Translations under genes and position numbers: made by a program
Sequence record: PQ382034.1
Source of the DNA: Acinetobacter phage vB_AbaSI_3
DNA length: 64,000 nt
Reading direction: 5' to 3' (one strand)
The notes under the pieces: generated by a model
The model's database searches: none
Seen by the model: only the letters and a program-made list of their open reading frames with translations
Told to the model about the DNA's origin: nothing
Shown here: piece by piece, positions 26,659 through 40,424 of the stretch
Layout: every line of letters starts with the position of its first letter
Position numbering within the stretch: position 1 is the stretch's first letter

Positions 26659-28475
26659 TGAAAGAATTAGTAAACATTGGACAAATGGTTGATGATGGCA
26701 CAGGAGATTATCTTCGTGAAGGTGGCATCAAGATCAATAACAACTTTACCGAAACCTATGATGAATTAGGCGATGGAAAGAATTTGCATCCTGCTGGTGC
26801 TTGGCAGACTATTGAAGCACATAAACTCACAAATGGCACACTGAATGCTGTATTCGGGAAGTCATATGCAGTTGATACGGGAACATCTAAAGCAACAATA
26901 AAATTACCTAAAGGCACTCCAGCCGATTACAATAAAGTTATTAGAATTCGAGATACATTTTCTACCTGGCAGGCCAATGCAGTTACAATTGAGCCTGCTA
27001 GTGGAGACACATTAAAAGGTGGTGGAACACGTGTCTTTAGTACAAACCTTACTGACTTAGAATTAGTTTATTGTCGTCCTAATCGCTGGGAATATCTACC
27101 AAACAAATTACTTAATAAAATTTCAAATGGCGATATTGCTACAGTAATGAAAAAGGAATATTTGTGTACTGAAGGGCAAACAGATTTTCTTAATATTTTT
27201 GACAATAACGACTATAACTTAGTCAACACACATGTCTATTTACGTGGCAACTTGCTTTATTACGGCAAAGATTTTTCTGATGATTCCGATTATGGTAGCC
27301 CTGGAGCAACGGCTGGCGCACTAGTTCCATTAGATGGCAAAAGTATCAGATTACGTACACCTGCTCAAAAGGGCGATTCATTAATGGTAGTAACTTACCT
27401 AGATGGCATCGCACAATTCAGATCAACGTATAACCGTTTGGATTGTACTATTCTTGATGCTAAATTAACCAATGAAGTTACCGCACCAGGTGCACGTTTA
27501 GTTGCAGATCTTGAAACATTGGATTCAATAACTGTTGAACAGCTCGGATACGTCTTCAATAGCAATAGCGGTTTAATTAATACCAATACACTGGAAGTGT
27601 ATGTCAATGGTGTTATTTTGAATATGGCAGGGCGTGCAGGCTTACCGATGATGTATTGTGAAGGCGCTGATGCCAATAATTTGACTGATTGTCAATTAAT
27701 GGGTGGTAATTGGGTTACTTCACACAATGACTACACAATTACTACAAATGATAACGGAGCGGTAACAAGCATAGAATTTGGACGAAAATTTGAACATGGT
27801 GACATCGTAACTATTAAATGGTTCAACAATGACATTGGCACAACAATGGAAATTGATGAAATCACAGATGTAACAGATGACATGTATATCCAACGTGGTC
27901 CTGAATACAATATTTCAGGTGCAGTTCGTGTAACAGATTATACAAACCCAGTTTTGCCGAATGTAGAACCAGAAGCTCAGAAATTTGTACGTGTACAAGT
28001 GCCGGGCGACATGTTTGATTTGCTATATCCTGTTGGCACCATCTATGAAAATGCTATCAACAAATCTAATCCTGTAACATATATGGGCTTTGGTGTTTGG
28101 ACAAGATGGGGCGAAAAACGAGTACTTGTTGGCTGGACTGAAGACAACCAAGATACGCAGTTTGGTTTAAATAATAATGACCTTGACATTAATGGGCAGC
28201 CAACACATACTGCAGGTGGTACAGGCGGAAATCGAACAATTACTATTACAAATGATAATATGCCGTCAACCGTTACTGATAAAGAGGTTCTTGTTGCTGA
28301 TGTAGATGGGCCTGTTGTAATCGGCGGATGTCAATTTGATCCTGATGATTCCGGACCGGCGTATTATAAATATCGCCAAGAAAAAGTTACAACTAATGTT
28401 ACTCATATTCCACCTAAACCTATTGAAACACTAGATCCATACATCACAGTGTATCGTTGGATGAGGATTGCATAA
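26658..28475 (+). CDS. 10: baseplate wedge subunit and tail pin gp10
   Basis: size (605 aa) and synteny. Confidence 0.8.
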   Translation: MKELVNIGQMVDDGTGDYLREGGIKINNNFTETYDELGDGKNLHPAGAWQTIEAHKLTNGTLNAVFGKSYAVDTGTSKATIKLPKGTPADYNKVIRIRDTFSTWQANAVTIEPASGDTLKGGGTRVFSTNLTDLELVYCRPNRWEYLPNKLLNKISNGDIATVMKKEYLCTEGQTDFLNIFDNNDYNLVNTHVYLRGNLLYYGKDFSDDSDYGSPGATAGALVPLDGKSIRLRTPAQKGDSLMVVTYLDGIAQFRSTYNRLDCTILDAKLTNEVTAPGARLVADLETLDSITVEQLGYVFNSNSGLINTNTLEVYVNGVILNMAGRAGLPMMYCEGADANNLTDCQLMGGNWVTSHNDYTITTNDNGAVTSIEFGRKFEHGDIVTIKWFNNDIGTTMEIDEITDVTDDMYIQRGPEYNISGAVRVTDYTNPVLPNVEPEAQKFVRVQVPGDMFDLLYPVGTIYENAINKSNPVTYMGFGVWTRWGEKRVLVGWTEDNQDTQFGLNNNDLDINGQPTHTAGGTGGNRTITITNDNMPSTVTDKEVLVADVDGPVVIGGCQFDPDDSGPAYYKYRQEKVTTNVTHIPPKPIETLDPYITVYRWMRIA

Positions 28476-29134
28476 TGGTAAGTAAAAATTTATCTCTAAC
28501 ACATAACACATCTAGAGATGCTACTCAGCATGAATTTGATGTTCAGAAAGGTAGTATTATTGTTGGTAACACTCAGCCTTATGGGTCTCCGACAATTAGA
28601 AGCACCGCCAAAGGCGTAAAATATCCAAATGTACAAGCGGCCATTGATGACATGGCTGCATTGTATGAGTTGCCGCTTAACACAGTTATCGTCAATGATG
28701 ACGGTATAGAACCAGGCGGCAAACCACAACAAGATGAATTCAAATTTTCTGGTATTGTAGCGTATCCTGGAAAAACAAAGGACCAACCAGTCCAGTTTAA
28801 TTTCTTAGGCTTTGTTGTTACAGCATTAGTTGGAGAGACAGGTGAAATGGTTGCAGCTAAAGTTTTACGAGAGTTGCAAATTGCAATGAATAACAATTTT
28901 GTAATTAATCGTGTCAACTTTGGTGCATCAAATGATATTTTACAAATAGTATATAATGACTGTCAATCACACAACATCGGTGAATTTGTAGAATGTGGTA
29001 TTAGAATATCGCAAACTATTACCTCTCCAGCACGTCCAGGATATGGAGTCTGGAGTCGTTTAGGTACGCAAACTATTGCTTTAGATGGTGCTGGCGGTAA
29101 CACAGTTCTTTATTATTTTAAGAGAGTAAGCTAA
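28457..29134 (+). CDS. 11: baseplate wedge subunit and tail pin gp11
   Basis: size (225 aa) and synteny. Confidence 0.75.
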   Translation: MDEDCIMVSKNLSLTHNTSRDATQHEFDVQKGSIIVGNTQPYGSPTIRSTAKGVKYPNVQAAIDDMAALYELPLNTVIVNDDGIEPGGKPQQDEFKFSGIVAYPGKTKDQPVQFNFLGFVVTALVGETGEMVAAKVLRELQIAMNNNFVINRVNFGASNDILQIVYNDCQSHNIGEFVECGIRISQTITSPARPGYGVWSRLGTQTIALDGAGGNTVLYYFKRVS

Positions 29135-30660
29135 TGGCGACACCACTTAATAATACATACAAACACATTGCAGATGCAGCACAATATATCTCATTCAATC
29201 CGACAGGTACAAGTTTTCCTGCAACTGTAGTAGATGTTCAAGCTGCATTGGCCCTTACTTCTCCTACTACATACGCCACTGCCACTACCGCAGGTGTTGT
29301 CAAAATTGCTACCAAAGATGAAGTTTTAGCAGGGGTTGATAACACAAAAATGGTGACACCATTCACTCTAAATGAGAGAATGAAATATCCCGATGCCACT
29401 ACAACAGTTAAAGGGCTTGTAACTTTAGCTACTAATGCGGAGGCTCAAGCCGGAGCCATAACTACAAATAAGGCTATCAATCCGGCAAGTTTGAAATACA
29501 CACTTGATTGGTGGTGGAACAATAAATTAGCATCTGAATCTGCACAAGGTGTTATTAAATTATCTACACAACAAGCCGCACAAGCCGGAGTAGATGATTC
29601 TACCGCAATGACACCATTAAAGGTCAAACAAGCCATTGCAGCTGCCACAGCACAAATTCCACAACCTGTACAAGCTACTGAGGCTGCACCTGGTATAGTT
29701 CAACTTGCAACAATTGGGCAAGCACAACAAGGTACTTTAAGAGATGGATATGCAATCTCGCCATATACTCTTCAACGTATTACAGGAAGTCTTACAACAC
29801 GTGGATTAGTCCAAGCTGCAACTTTAGCACAAGCTAACACAGGGACAGATGACACCTTATACATTTCTGCTAAAGGATTCAAAACATATAATGCTACCAC
29901 TACAAATTATGGTACAGTTAAATTAACTGATACACTTGGAACCACCGGTGCTGGTGTCGTGTTAAGTTCTAATGCTAAAGTATTAAGCACTGTATCTACC
30001 GGTACACAAACTGTCACAGGCATTGTTAATTTTACTGGAACACTTCAACTTCAAGGACAACCAGTAGCCAATCAAAAATATGTTAAAGATTCTATTCCGG
30101 TTGGCGTCATGATGGAATGGTTCGGCGATTCAGCGCCTCCTGGAGGTATGTGGGCATTATGCGACGGCGGAGCCGAATCAAAGGCTGCACGACCAGAGCT
30201 TTTTGCGGTTATTGGCTATAAATTCGGCGGTTCTGGTGATACATTCTATCGCCCAGATATGAGAGGTCTTTATGCTCGTGGTGCTGGTCGTGGTAAAGAC
30301 ATCATTGCAAACACTGGGTATGATGAGTTCAATAAACCTCTATTAGGTAATGGTGTAGATGGCGGTGTTGTTGGACAAGTTCAAAAGCAACAAATTCGTG
30401 AACATAAACACATTATTTCTTGGGGCGAAAATCGTTGGGAGACACCTAACTTCCCATTTGGTGGCACACAGTTAAGTAAATATTGGGGGACTGCTGGTCG
30501 GGAAGATCATGATAATGGTTGGATGTTCTCTAACGATGGAACAGAATTTGAACCTGCATCAGTGCGGACCGAATATTCTACTGTCAACTCTAAAGAGTTA
30601 ATTGGATCAGAGACACGCCCATGGAGCATGTCAGTAAACTATATTATTAAGGTGGCTTAA
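29134..30660 (+). CDS. 12: short tail fibre protein gp12
   Basis: size (508 aa) and synteny. Confidence 0.85.
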   Translation: MATPLNNTYKHIADAAQYISFNPTGTSFPATVVDVQAALALTSPTTYATATTAGVVKIATKDEVLAGVDNTKMVTPFTLNERMKYPDATTTVKGLVTLATNAEAQAGAITTNKAINPASLKYTLDWWWNNKLASESAQGVIKLSTQQAAQAGVDDSTAMTPLKVKQAIAAATAQIPQPVQATEAAPGIVQLATIGQAQQGTLRDGYAISPYTLQRITGSLTTRGLVQAATLAQANTGTDDTLYISAKGFKTYNATTTNYGTVKLTDTLGTTGAGVVLSSNAKVLSTVSTGTQTVTGIVNFTGTLQLQGQPVANQKYVKDSIPVGVMMEWFGDSAPPGGMWALCDGGAESKAARPELFAVIGYKFGGSGDTFYRPDMRGLYARGAGRGKDIIANTGYDEFNKPLLGNGVDGGVVGQVQKQQIREHKHIISWGENRWETPNFPFGGTQLSKYWGTAGREDHDNGWMFSNDGTEFEPASVRTEYSTVNSKELIGSETRPWSMSVNYIIKVA

Positions 30661-32534
30661 TGACTACAAAACTTAAACTTCCATATGTTGTTGGAATTCC
30701 AGAAGACGGGCAACGCCGTCTTTCTTGGATCAGAGATGGCGAACTCCTTGAAGGTGCCAAAAGTAGATACGGGAGTGAAGGCAACCTGAATCTTATGCAA
30801 AAACAACTCCAAGAAAATATTGTTGTTATTGCAAATGAAATTGATAGCGCTAATGCATCTAATGCTATTATTGAAGATGAATTAGAAAAAATCAAAGAAA
30901 TTTTAGCAGATGTAGGCAATACTTCGCTCATCGAACAGGTTAACGAAAATAAAAATAACATTGATGGTTTAAAGGATTCTTTAGATACTTTAGACGAGCA
31001 TTCTAAAGGTGTAGAACAATCTGTTACTGATCTCAAATCTTTAGTGGGATCACCTATTCAATTTGTAGATGGAAATCTAACGGCATTTGAAAACTTGCAC
31101 TTTATCAAATCAGTAATAGGTAATGAAAAAGATTTTGATGTTAATGGTGATTCAGCGCCAAATAATCCTGAAAGTGGCCTAATAGCTAAAATAAATAGCG
31201 CTATTACTCAAACTATTGAAAATAAAGGTAAAATTGACAATATTGAAGCTGAATTAGCTGAAGCAAACCTTTCAGGATTAGAGTCTAAAGTATCAAATAT
31301 TCGTTCAGAACTGGGTGAGACACCTAATGGCAAAACAATATATTCTAGGCTTAACGCTATAGAAGATAACGAAGTCGAAGTAGATTCACGAATTGATAAA
31401 ATTAACGAATCTATTGGCACAGAAAGTGTTACTAAACGAATAGATTCAGTAAACGTTGAAATTTCTGATATCAAAGCTGAAATTAATGGTACTAATGGCA
31501 TCAAAGCCTCGATATCTAAATTGGATGATACGGTATTCACAGAAGACACAGGACTTGTATCACGTGTGTCTTCTGTTGAAAATACTTCTAACGCGTTGAA
31601 TTCAACCGTAAATGATCCGGAATCCGGATTGGTCAAGGCGATAGAAAATATATCATCAACAATAGGTTTGAGTGATTCTTCACCTAATACAATTTTAGGG
31701 CGAATCAATACACTTGAGCTCAACACTGGCAATACTGCCGCAACTGTTCAAGATATGCAAGTAACACTAGGCGACGGTTCGTCTGGATTAGTAGCTGATG
31801 TTAATGCATCATCAAAATCACTTTATGGTAATGCCGAAGCTGAAGACCCGGTAGATAAAGCAGGCGTAGTGGCTGCAACAAAAACAGTTTACAACGGTTT
31901 GAACACCACTAATGCTGCTGTTAAAGGGCTTTATGATAGATTGAAATATTCTGGATTGACGTTCTCTAGTTTATCTGATGCAACATATACTGATAATGCC
32001 GAACAAATTTCATCAATACTGAATATGTCTTTAGCTAAATCAGTGAAGGTAAATGCAGGCGTAGCTCTAATATCACAACAAAATGATTTTCAGGATGCGA
32101 TCAAATCTGATGTTATTTTAATTAATATTGGCACGTATGATTATGCATTCAATACAGTTCTTGGTACAATAGCTGATGCAGTAGATGATTTTTCTGGTAG
32201 TGCAACATTCTATAGCGAATTGTATTCATTATTGTCTAAAGTTTCTACAGCTACGTCAAAATCTAGAGTTTTTGTAACAAATGGATATCGCACCACACAA
32301 TTCACGAATGGTGTAAAGTATCCTAATAAAAATACTGAAGGGAAGGCACTCGAAGATTATTCTAAAGCTATTTTAGATGTGGCCTCTATATTCGGAATTC
32401 CTGTTATAGATACTAATAACGAATTAGGAATTCATGTAAAGAATTCTGGATTATTTTTGAACACAACTGGATTTACGGTAGACGGTTCAAAACGATTTGT
32501 CAATTTAGTAACAGGCTTCATAAATTCTAAATAA
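30660..32534 (+). CDS. wac: fibritin (neck whiskers, wac) with non-foldon C-terminal globular domain
   Basis: N-terminus PYVVGIPEDGQRRLSWIRDGELLEGAKSRYGSEGN resembles the T4 wac N-terminus; long coiled-coil middle; 624 aa against 487 in T4. Confidence 0.8.
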   Translation: MTTKLKLPYVVGIPEDGQRRLSWIRDGELLEGAKSRYGSEGNLNLMQKQLQENIVVIANEIDSANASNAIIEDELEKIKEILADVGNTSLIEQVNENKNNIDGLKDSLDTLDEHSKGVEQSVTDLKSLVGSPIQFVDGNLTAFENLHFIKSVIGNEKDFDVNGDSAPNNPESGLIAKINSAITQTIENKGKIDNIEAELAEANLSGLESKVSNIRSELGETPNGKTIYSRLNAIEDNEVEVDSRIDKINESIGTESVTKRIDSVNVEISDIKAEINGTNGIKASISKLDDTVFTEDTGLVSRVSSVENTSNALNSTVNDPESGLVKAIENISSTIGLSDSSPNTILGRINTLELNTGNTAATVQDMQVTLGDGSSGLVADVNASSKSLYGNAEAEDPVDKAGVVAATKTVYNGLNTTNAAVKGLYDRLKYSGLTFSSLSDATYTDNAEQISSILNMSLAKSVKVNAGVALISQQNDFQDAIKSDVILINIGTYDYAFNTVLGTIADAVDDFSGSATFYSELYSLLSKVSTATSKSRVFVTNGYRTTQFTNGVKYPNKNTEGKALEDYSKAILDVASIFGIPVIDTNNELGIHVKNSGLFLNTTGFTVDGSKRFVNLVTGFINSK

Positions 32535-32537
32535 TTA

Positions 32538-32560
32538 AAGGCCTTCGGGCCTTTTGAGGT
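32538..32560 (+). promoter_or_regulatory. stable hairpin aaaggccTTCGggccttt (UUCG tetraloop)
   Basis: between wac and gene 13; a near-identical gggccTTCGggccc sits at 39842-39856. Confidence 0.4.
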
Positions 32561-33483
32561 ATAAAATGTTTACAGAACCTAAAACACCGAAACAATTAAA
32601 AGATCATATTTTGATGCGACTTGGTGCACCAATCATAAAAATTGAAGTCACTGAACAACAAATTATGCAGTGTATTCAACGTGCATTAGAATTATATGGC
32701 GAATATCATTACAACGGCTTAAATAAAACATTTATGTGGATTTATGTCGGTGATGATGAAACATATAAAAATGGAGTCTTTGACTTAAGTAAAGAAAATA
32801 TTTTTGCAGTGACACAAATTCTTCGGGGAAATACTGGTGCATTATTAACAATGGATGGATCAGCAACATACCCATGGGTGTCTGATTTTATTCTTGGGCT
32901 AGCCGGTGTAAATGGCTGCTCTACTGCTCAGTCATTTGGTCCTAATGCATATGGCGCTAATCTTAGTTATTATACTTCGGTTATGCAATATTGGACACAA
33001 TTACAAAATATGTTAAATCCTGTACCAGATTATTGGTTTAACGATGACACCGGGCAGCTTAAACTTTCAGGCAATTTTAAGAAAGGTGATTACTTATTTT
33101 TAGAAGTTTGGGTTAAATCATTTGTTGATACTAGTCACTCAGTTGGAACATACGCTGGATATGGATATGCTCAAGCTGAACAAGACCAGTGGTCATTATC
33201 TGACACATATAATAATGCCAATCGTCGAGTAGAAGGATATAGAGCTGGTGAAAATAACGGCACTAAACAAGGGGCATTCAATAATCGCTGGGTAAAGGAT
33301 TATGCTACTGCATTAGTTAAAGAGCTCAATGGACAAATTTTGGCTAAGCATCAAGGGATGCAATTAGCTGGTGGTACCACAGTAGATGGATTGCGCCTTA
33401 TCGAAGAATCACGAATAGAAAAAGAACGCTTACGTGAAGAATTAGATTTATTAGCAGCTCCACCTGGAATTTTAATGGGGTAA
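32554..33483 (+). CDS. 13: neck protein gp13
   Basis: 309 aa, same as T4; synteny. Confidence 0.85.
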   Translation: MRYKMFTEPKTPKQLKDHILMRLGAPIIKIEVTEQQIMQCIQRALELYGEYHYNGLNKTFMWIYVGDDETYKNGVFDLSKENIFAVTQILRGNTGALLTMDGSATYPWVSDFILGLAGVNGCSTAQSFGPNAYGANLSYYTSVMQYWTQLQNMLNPVPDYWFNDDTGQLKLSGNFKKGDYLFLEVWVKSFVDTSHSVGTYAGYGYAQAEQDQWSLSDTYNNANRRVEGYRAGENNGTKQGAFNNRWVKDYATALVKELNGQILAKHQGMQLAGGTTVDGLRLIEESRIEKERLREELDLLAAPPGILMG

Positions 33484-33486
33484 GAT

Positions 33487-34251
33487 ATGACTACATTTGA
33501 TAGTAGCTTATTTGCTACATTAGAAGATGGAAGTGGATATGACAAAACTAATGTCTCTGAAGTCCTTAACCCGTATGTTAACTTTTATCATCACGACAAC
33601 ACTCAAACGTTACAAGACATGTTAGTTGCAGAAAGCATACAAATGCGTGGAGTAGAGTGTTACTATTTGCCATCGGAATTTGTCAATAAAGATGAATTAT
33701 TTGGTGAGGACCCATCACGAAAATTCAATAAAGCTTGGAAGTTTGCAGCATATCTTGACTCGTTTGAAGGATATTCTGGTGGCAACTCATTCTTTAGTAA
33801 ATTTGGTATGACGGTAAATGACGAAGTTACAATAACAATAAATCCAAATTTATTCAAACATCAAGTTAATGGTCAAGAACCAAAGGAAGGAGATTTATTT
33901 TATTTTGCTATGGATAAATCACTCTTTGAGATAACTTGGGTTGAGCCATATAACCCATTTTATCAAGTTGGTTCTAATGCTATGCGAAGAATCACTGCAC
34001 AGAAATTTGTGTATTCAGGTGAAGAGATTAAGCCAGTTCTTCAGTACAATGAAGGCATCAATATTCCTGAATTTAGTGAGCTCGATCTTGATCCTGTTCA
34101 TGCATTAAATGATCTGCATGATATTAAAACTACTCAATATGTTGAAACTGATGCTATCAATGACGAAGGCAAAGAAATAATCGAGCCATATGTTGTAGTA
34201 AACAATAAAGGTATCATGGGTGACGGATCTCCATTTGATGACTTCGTGTAA
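33487..34251 (+). CDS. 14: neck protein gp14
   Basis: 254 aa; synteny. Confidence 0.85.
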   Translation: MTTFDSSLFATLEDGSGYDKTNVSEVLNPYVNFYHHDNTQTLQDMLVAESIQMRGVECYYLPSEFVNKDELFGEDPSRKFNKAWKFAAYLDSFEGYSGGNSFFSKFGMTVNDEVTITINPNLFKHQVNGQEPKEGDLFYFAMDKSLFEITWVEPYNPFYQVGSNAMRRITAQKFVYSGEEIKPVLQYNEGINIPEFSELDLDPVHALNDLHDIKTTQYVETDAINDEGKEIIEPYVVVNNKGIMGDGSPFDDFV

Positions 34252-34281
34252 GCATAAATACAAATAAAAAGGAGAAGAATT

Positions 34282-35106
34282 TTGTTTGGGTACTGGTACA
34301 ATTCTTCGATTAGAAGATATTGCGTTTTGATGGGAGATTTATTCTCCCACGTCCAAGTGATGAGAAAACGTGATAATGGCAAAATTGAACTTATTAAAGT
34401 TCCTATCTCATTTTCATCTAAAGAAAGATTTATTGAGAAATTAGACACAGTTACATCGGTCAACAATGATGGCCCTGTGGCAAAAGTAGAGACTATTCTC
34501 CCAAGAATGTGCCTAAATTTAGTTGACATAATTTACAATGGGCAATATAAAACTGCACTAACTAATAGAAATGTCAAATCTCCTGCTGGTGGCACTGATA
34601 TGGTATCACAATACAATCCAGTGCCAGTAAAATTTTTATTCGAGCTCGGTGTCTACACTCGCCATCAAGATGATATGTTTCAAATAATTGAACAGATTTG
34701 GCCGTATTTTCAGCCACATTTCTCTACCAAAATGAGAGAACTATTTGGCAATGATATTGAATTCGAGCGAAATATTCGTGTAGTTTTACAATCATTGTCA
34801 TTTGACAATCAAGTTGAAACTGATAAAACTACGCGCAGAAGATTGCAAACTGATTTTATTTTTGAAGTCAATGGGTGGTTATATCCTCCGGTTGCAGAAA
34901 TAAAAGGTGAAATTAGAACAATTTATCTTGATCTGTTTGCTAATGAAAAGACTCTTGACCATGAAGGCGTATTTGAATCGGTGGACACTCAAGTTCGCCC
35001 TGTCGATGCGACTATTGATAACTGGAGCGGTACATCAGAGCAAAGCATTTCAGCAGGAATCCCTATTCCTAAAGCTCCAGAAGAGCCACATTTAAGGAGA
35101 AACTAA
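34282..35106 (+). CDS. 15: tail sheath stabiliser and completion protein gp15 (TTG start)
   Basis: 274 aa; N-terminus [12 protein letters not shown] matches T4 gp15 FGYFYNSSFRRY; AAGGAG sits 7 nt upstream of the TTG. Confidence 0.85.
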   Translation: MFGYWYNSSIRRYCVLMGDLFSHVQVMRKRDNGKIELIKVPISFSSKERFIEKLDTVTSVNNDGPVAKVETILPRMCLNLVDIIYNGQYKTALTNRNVKSPAGGTDMVSQYNPVPVKFLFELGVYTRHQDDMFQIIEQIWPYFQPHFSTKMRELFGNDIEFERNIRVVLQSLSFDNQVETDKTTRRRLQTDFIFEVNGWLYPPVAEIKGEIRTIYLDLFANEKTLDHEGVFESVDTQVRPVDATIDNWSGTSEQSISAGIPIPKAPEEPHLRRN

Positions 35107-35584
35107 TGGATATTATGCAGCAAATCTTAGATTGTACTGATTTGCCTGGCATGGAAGGAGAGGAATTGGTAGTTTATCAGCCTCTCGTTCTTGAAGAGGT
35201 ACAAAGTAATCCAACAAATAGGACACCAGATTTAGAATCTGACTATGCAATTGTCAGAAAAAACTTGCATTTCCAACAGCAAATGTTAATGGATGCAGCT
35301 AAAATATTTTTAGAAACTGCAAAAAATGCAGATAGCCCTAGACACATGGAAGTTTTCTCGACTTTAATGGGTCAAATGACTAGCACAAATAAAGAGATTC
35401 TAAAAGTACATAAAGAGATGAAAGACATCACCAATGAATCAGTAACGGCTGCTAAACCCAAAGAAACTGGTTCTGTTAACATTGAAACCGCACAGGTTTT
35501 TGTAGGTGGCCCTGCAGAAATTATGGAACGTTATGGCGATGCTTTCGAAACTAAAACCCGCAACTTAGAAGTGGTAGACGAACA

Positions 35585-35588
<4 letters not shown>
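35106..35588 (+). CDS. 16: terminase small subunit gp16
   Basis: 160 aa; synteny. Confidence 0.85.
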
Positions 35589-37832
<2,244 letters not shown>

Positions 37833-37859
37833 TTGAAAAATAAATAAACAGGAGTCAAA

Positions 37860-39836
37860 ATGGCTTTACTATCACCTGGTATTGAATTAAAAGAAAATAC
37901 CACACAAAGTACAGTAGTACAAAATGCCACTGGACGTGCAGCTATGGCTGGTAAGTTCCAATGGGGTCCTGCATATCAAGTAATTCAAGTAACAAATGAA
38001 GTAGAATTAGTAAACCTTTTTGGTCAACCTAATAACATTACTTCAGAATACTTTATGTCGGCGGCAAATTTCCTTCAATATGGTAATGACTTACGATTAG
38101 TTCGCGTTGTTAATGAAGACGCTGCTAGAAACTCTAGTCCGATTGCAGGAAATGTGAAATTCACTATTTCTTCTGCAGGTAATAACTATAAAGTTGGCGA
38201 TAAGATACTAATCAAATACACGTCAACTGAAATCGAATCGAATGCCCGTGTAACATCAGTTGATGCTGATGGCAAAATCAAAAGCATCTTTATTCCCACT
38301 GATAAGATTATTGCATACGCAAAATCAATTGGGCAATATCCTGCTCTAAGTGATGCTTGGACTGCTGAAGTTGTATCGTCAACTGGTATCCAAGGTGCAA
38401 TCAATCTAGGATCAATTGAAACTGACTCTGGTATCATTTTGACTGATCCTAATAATGCATCTGCCAAAATGACTTCTACTAAATTCCAAGAATCGTTAGC
38501 AAAATATGGTATGCCTGGTGTTGTTGCGCTTTATCCAGGTGAAACAGGCGACCAACTAGAAGTAGAAATTGTTTCTAAGGCTGATTATGATAAAGGCTCG
38601 CCAGTTTTAAATATCTATCCTTCAGGTGGCACAAGAGCATCTGTAGCTAAAGGTGTATTCGGGTACGGGCCTCAAACTGATGATCAATACGCGTTTATTG
38701 TGCGTCGCAATGGTGAAGTTGTAGAATCATACATCCTTTCTACTAAGGAAGGTGAAAAAGACATGTACGGTAGCAACATTTTCCTTGATGACTATTTTGC
38801 CCGCGGTTCAAGTAACTATATTTTTGCTACATCAACTGGCTTCCCTAAAGGTTTCTCAGGTATTATTCGCCTTAATGGAGGTTTATCTGCTAATGAAGCT
38901 GTAACTGCAGGCGATTTAATGCTTGGTTGGGACAAATTTGCTGATGCAGAAGCATTACATGTCAATTTGTTAATTGCCGGATCATGCGCAGGCGAAGATG
39001 CGGAAGTTGCTTCTACCGTTCAGAAACATGTAGTTTCTATCGCTGATGAACGTAAAGACTGCCTAGTTTTAATTTCACCACCACGTGAGACAATTGTAAA
39101 TATTGGCTTACCGATTGCAGTTGATAACCTAATTGCGTGGCGTCAAGGTACCGGTGCTTATGATACTGCAAACATGAACATCAGTTCAACATATGCGTTT
39201 ATTGATGGCAACTACAAATATCAATATGACAAATACAATGATGTTAACCGCTGGGTTCCATTAGCTGGTGATATCGCTGGATTATGTGCTCGTACTGATG
39301 ATATTTCTCAACCGTGGATGTCTCCAGCAGGCTATCAACGTGGTCAATTGTTGAATGTTGTCAAGTTGGCTATCGAACCTCGTAAAGCACAACGTGACCG
39401 TATGTATCAAGATGCAATCAATCCAGTTATTGGTGCAAATGGTGGAGACGGATTCGTGTTGTTTGGCGACAAAACTGCAACAAAAGTTCCTTCACCGTTT
39501 GACCGAGTAAACGTTCGTCGTTTATTCAATATGCTTAAAAAGAATATTGGTGATGCTTCTAAATTCCGTTTATTCGAAATTAACGATGCATTCACACGTA
39601 GTGCCTTCCGTATGGAAACTTCGCAATATCTTTCAGGCATTCGTTCTTTAGGCGGTGTATATGATTTCCGAGTAGTTTGTAACGAGACTAATAACACACC
39701 AGCGGTTATTGATCGAAATGAATTTGTTGCAACATTCTACATCAAACCGGCAAGGTCAATCAACTTTATTCAATTGAACTTTGTTGCTACTGCAACATCT
39801 GCAGATTTTGATGAATTGATTGGCAAACAACAATAA
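37860..39836 (+). CDS. 18: tail sheath protein gp18
   Basis: collinear similarity to T4 gp18 along the whole length (658 vs 659 aa). Confidence 0.95.
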   Translation: MALLSPGIELKENTTQSTVVQNATGRAAMAGKFQWGPAYQVIQVTNEVELVNLFGQPNNITSEYFMSAANFLQYGNDLRLVRVVNEDAARNSSPIAGNVKFTISSAGNNYKVGDKILIKYTSTEIESNARVTSVDADGKIKSIFIPTDKIIAYAKSIGQYPALSDAWTAEVVSSTGIQGAINLGSIETDSGIILTDPNNASAKMTSTKFQESLAKYGMPGVVALYPGETGDQLEVEIVSKADYDKGSPVLNIYPSGGTRASVAKGVFGYGPQTDDQYAFIVRRNGEVVESYILSTKEGEKDMYGSNIFLDDYFARGSSNYIFATSTGFPKGFSGIIRLNGGLSANEAVTAGDLMLGWDKFADAEALHVNLLIAGSCAGEDAEVASTVQKHVVSIADERKDCLVLISPPRETIVNIGLPIAVDNLIAWRQGTGAYDTANMNISSTYAFIDGNYKYQYDKYNDVNRWVPLAGDIAGLCARTDDISQPWMSPAGYQRGQLLNVVKLAIEPRKAQRDRMYQDAINPVIGANGGDGFVLFGDKTATKVPSPFDRVNVRRLFNMLKKNIGDASKFRLFEINDAFTRSAFRMETSQYLSGIRSLGGVYDFRVVCNETNNTPAVIDRNEFVATFYIKPARSINFIQLNFVATATSADFDELIGKQQ

Positions 39837-39872
39837 TAAATGGGCCTTCGGGCCCTAATTTAAGGAAATACA

Positions 39873-40364
39873 ATGGAACTTACAGATTTACTCAGAGCAT
39901 TTGAATCTGGTGACTTTGCACGCCCTAACTTATTTGAAGTTGAAATCCCTTTCTTAGGCAAGAATTTTAGTTTTAAATGTAAAGCAGCTGCTATGCCACC
40001 AGCTAACGTTGACAAAATTGCAGTCGGCTTCCAAAACAGAAAGTTGCATGTTGCTGGCGATAGAACATTTGATGACTGGTCGGTAACGATTTATTCAGAT
40101 GACAAGCATGAAACTCGTCAGGCTATCCTTGATTGGCAAAATCTATGTCATGGGCAAGGTGCAGAAATTAGCGGTGCAACACCTGCTGATTACAAAAAGA
40201 CAGCAATTATTCGCCAGTTTGGACGCGACGGCAAAACGATCACTAAAGAGTATACGATTTATGGGCTATGGCCAACTCTTGTAGGTGAAGTGCAATTGGA
40301 CTGGGACCAAAACTCGGAAGTAGAAACATTTGAAACTACGTTTGCATTAGATTATTGGCTATAA
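39873..40364 (+). CDS. 19: tail tube protein gp19
   Basis: 163 aa, same as T4; synteny. Confidence 0.9.
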   Translation: MELTDLLRAFESGDFARPNLFEVEIPFLGKNFSFKCKAAAMPPANVDKIAVGFQNRKLHVAGDRTFDDWSVTIYSDDKHETRQAILDWQNLCHGQGAEISGATPADYKKTAIIRQFGRDGKTITKEYTIYGLWPTLVGEVQLDWDQNSEVETFETTFALDYWL

Positions 40365-40379
40365 GTGAAATCCGATTGG

Positions 40380-40387
40380 TATAAATA
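40380..40387 (+). promoter_or_regulatory. late promoter TATAAATA upstream of gene 20, embedded in hairpin ccgattg...caatcgg
   Basis: exact consensus ~37 nt upstream of the ATG. Confidence 0.5.
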
Positions 40388-40424
40388 AACTTATATCAAT
40401 CGGAACCACTCTGTAGGAGGATTT

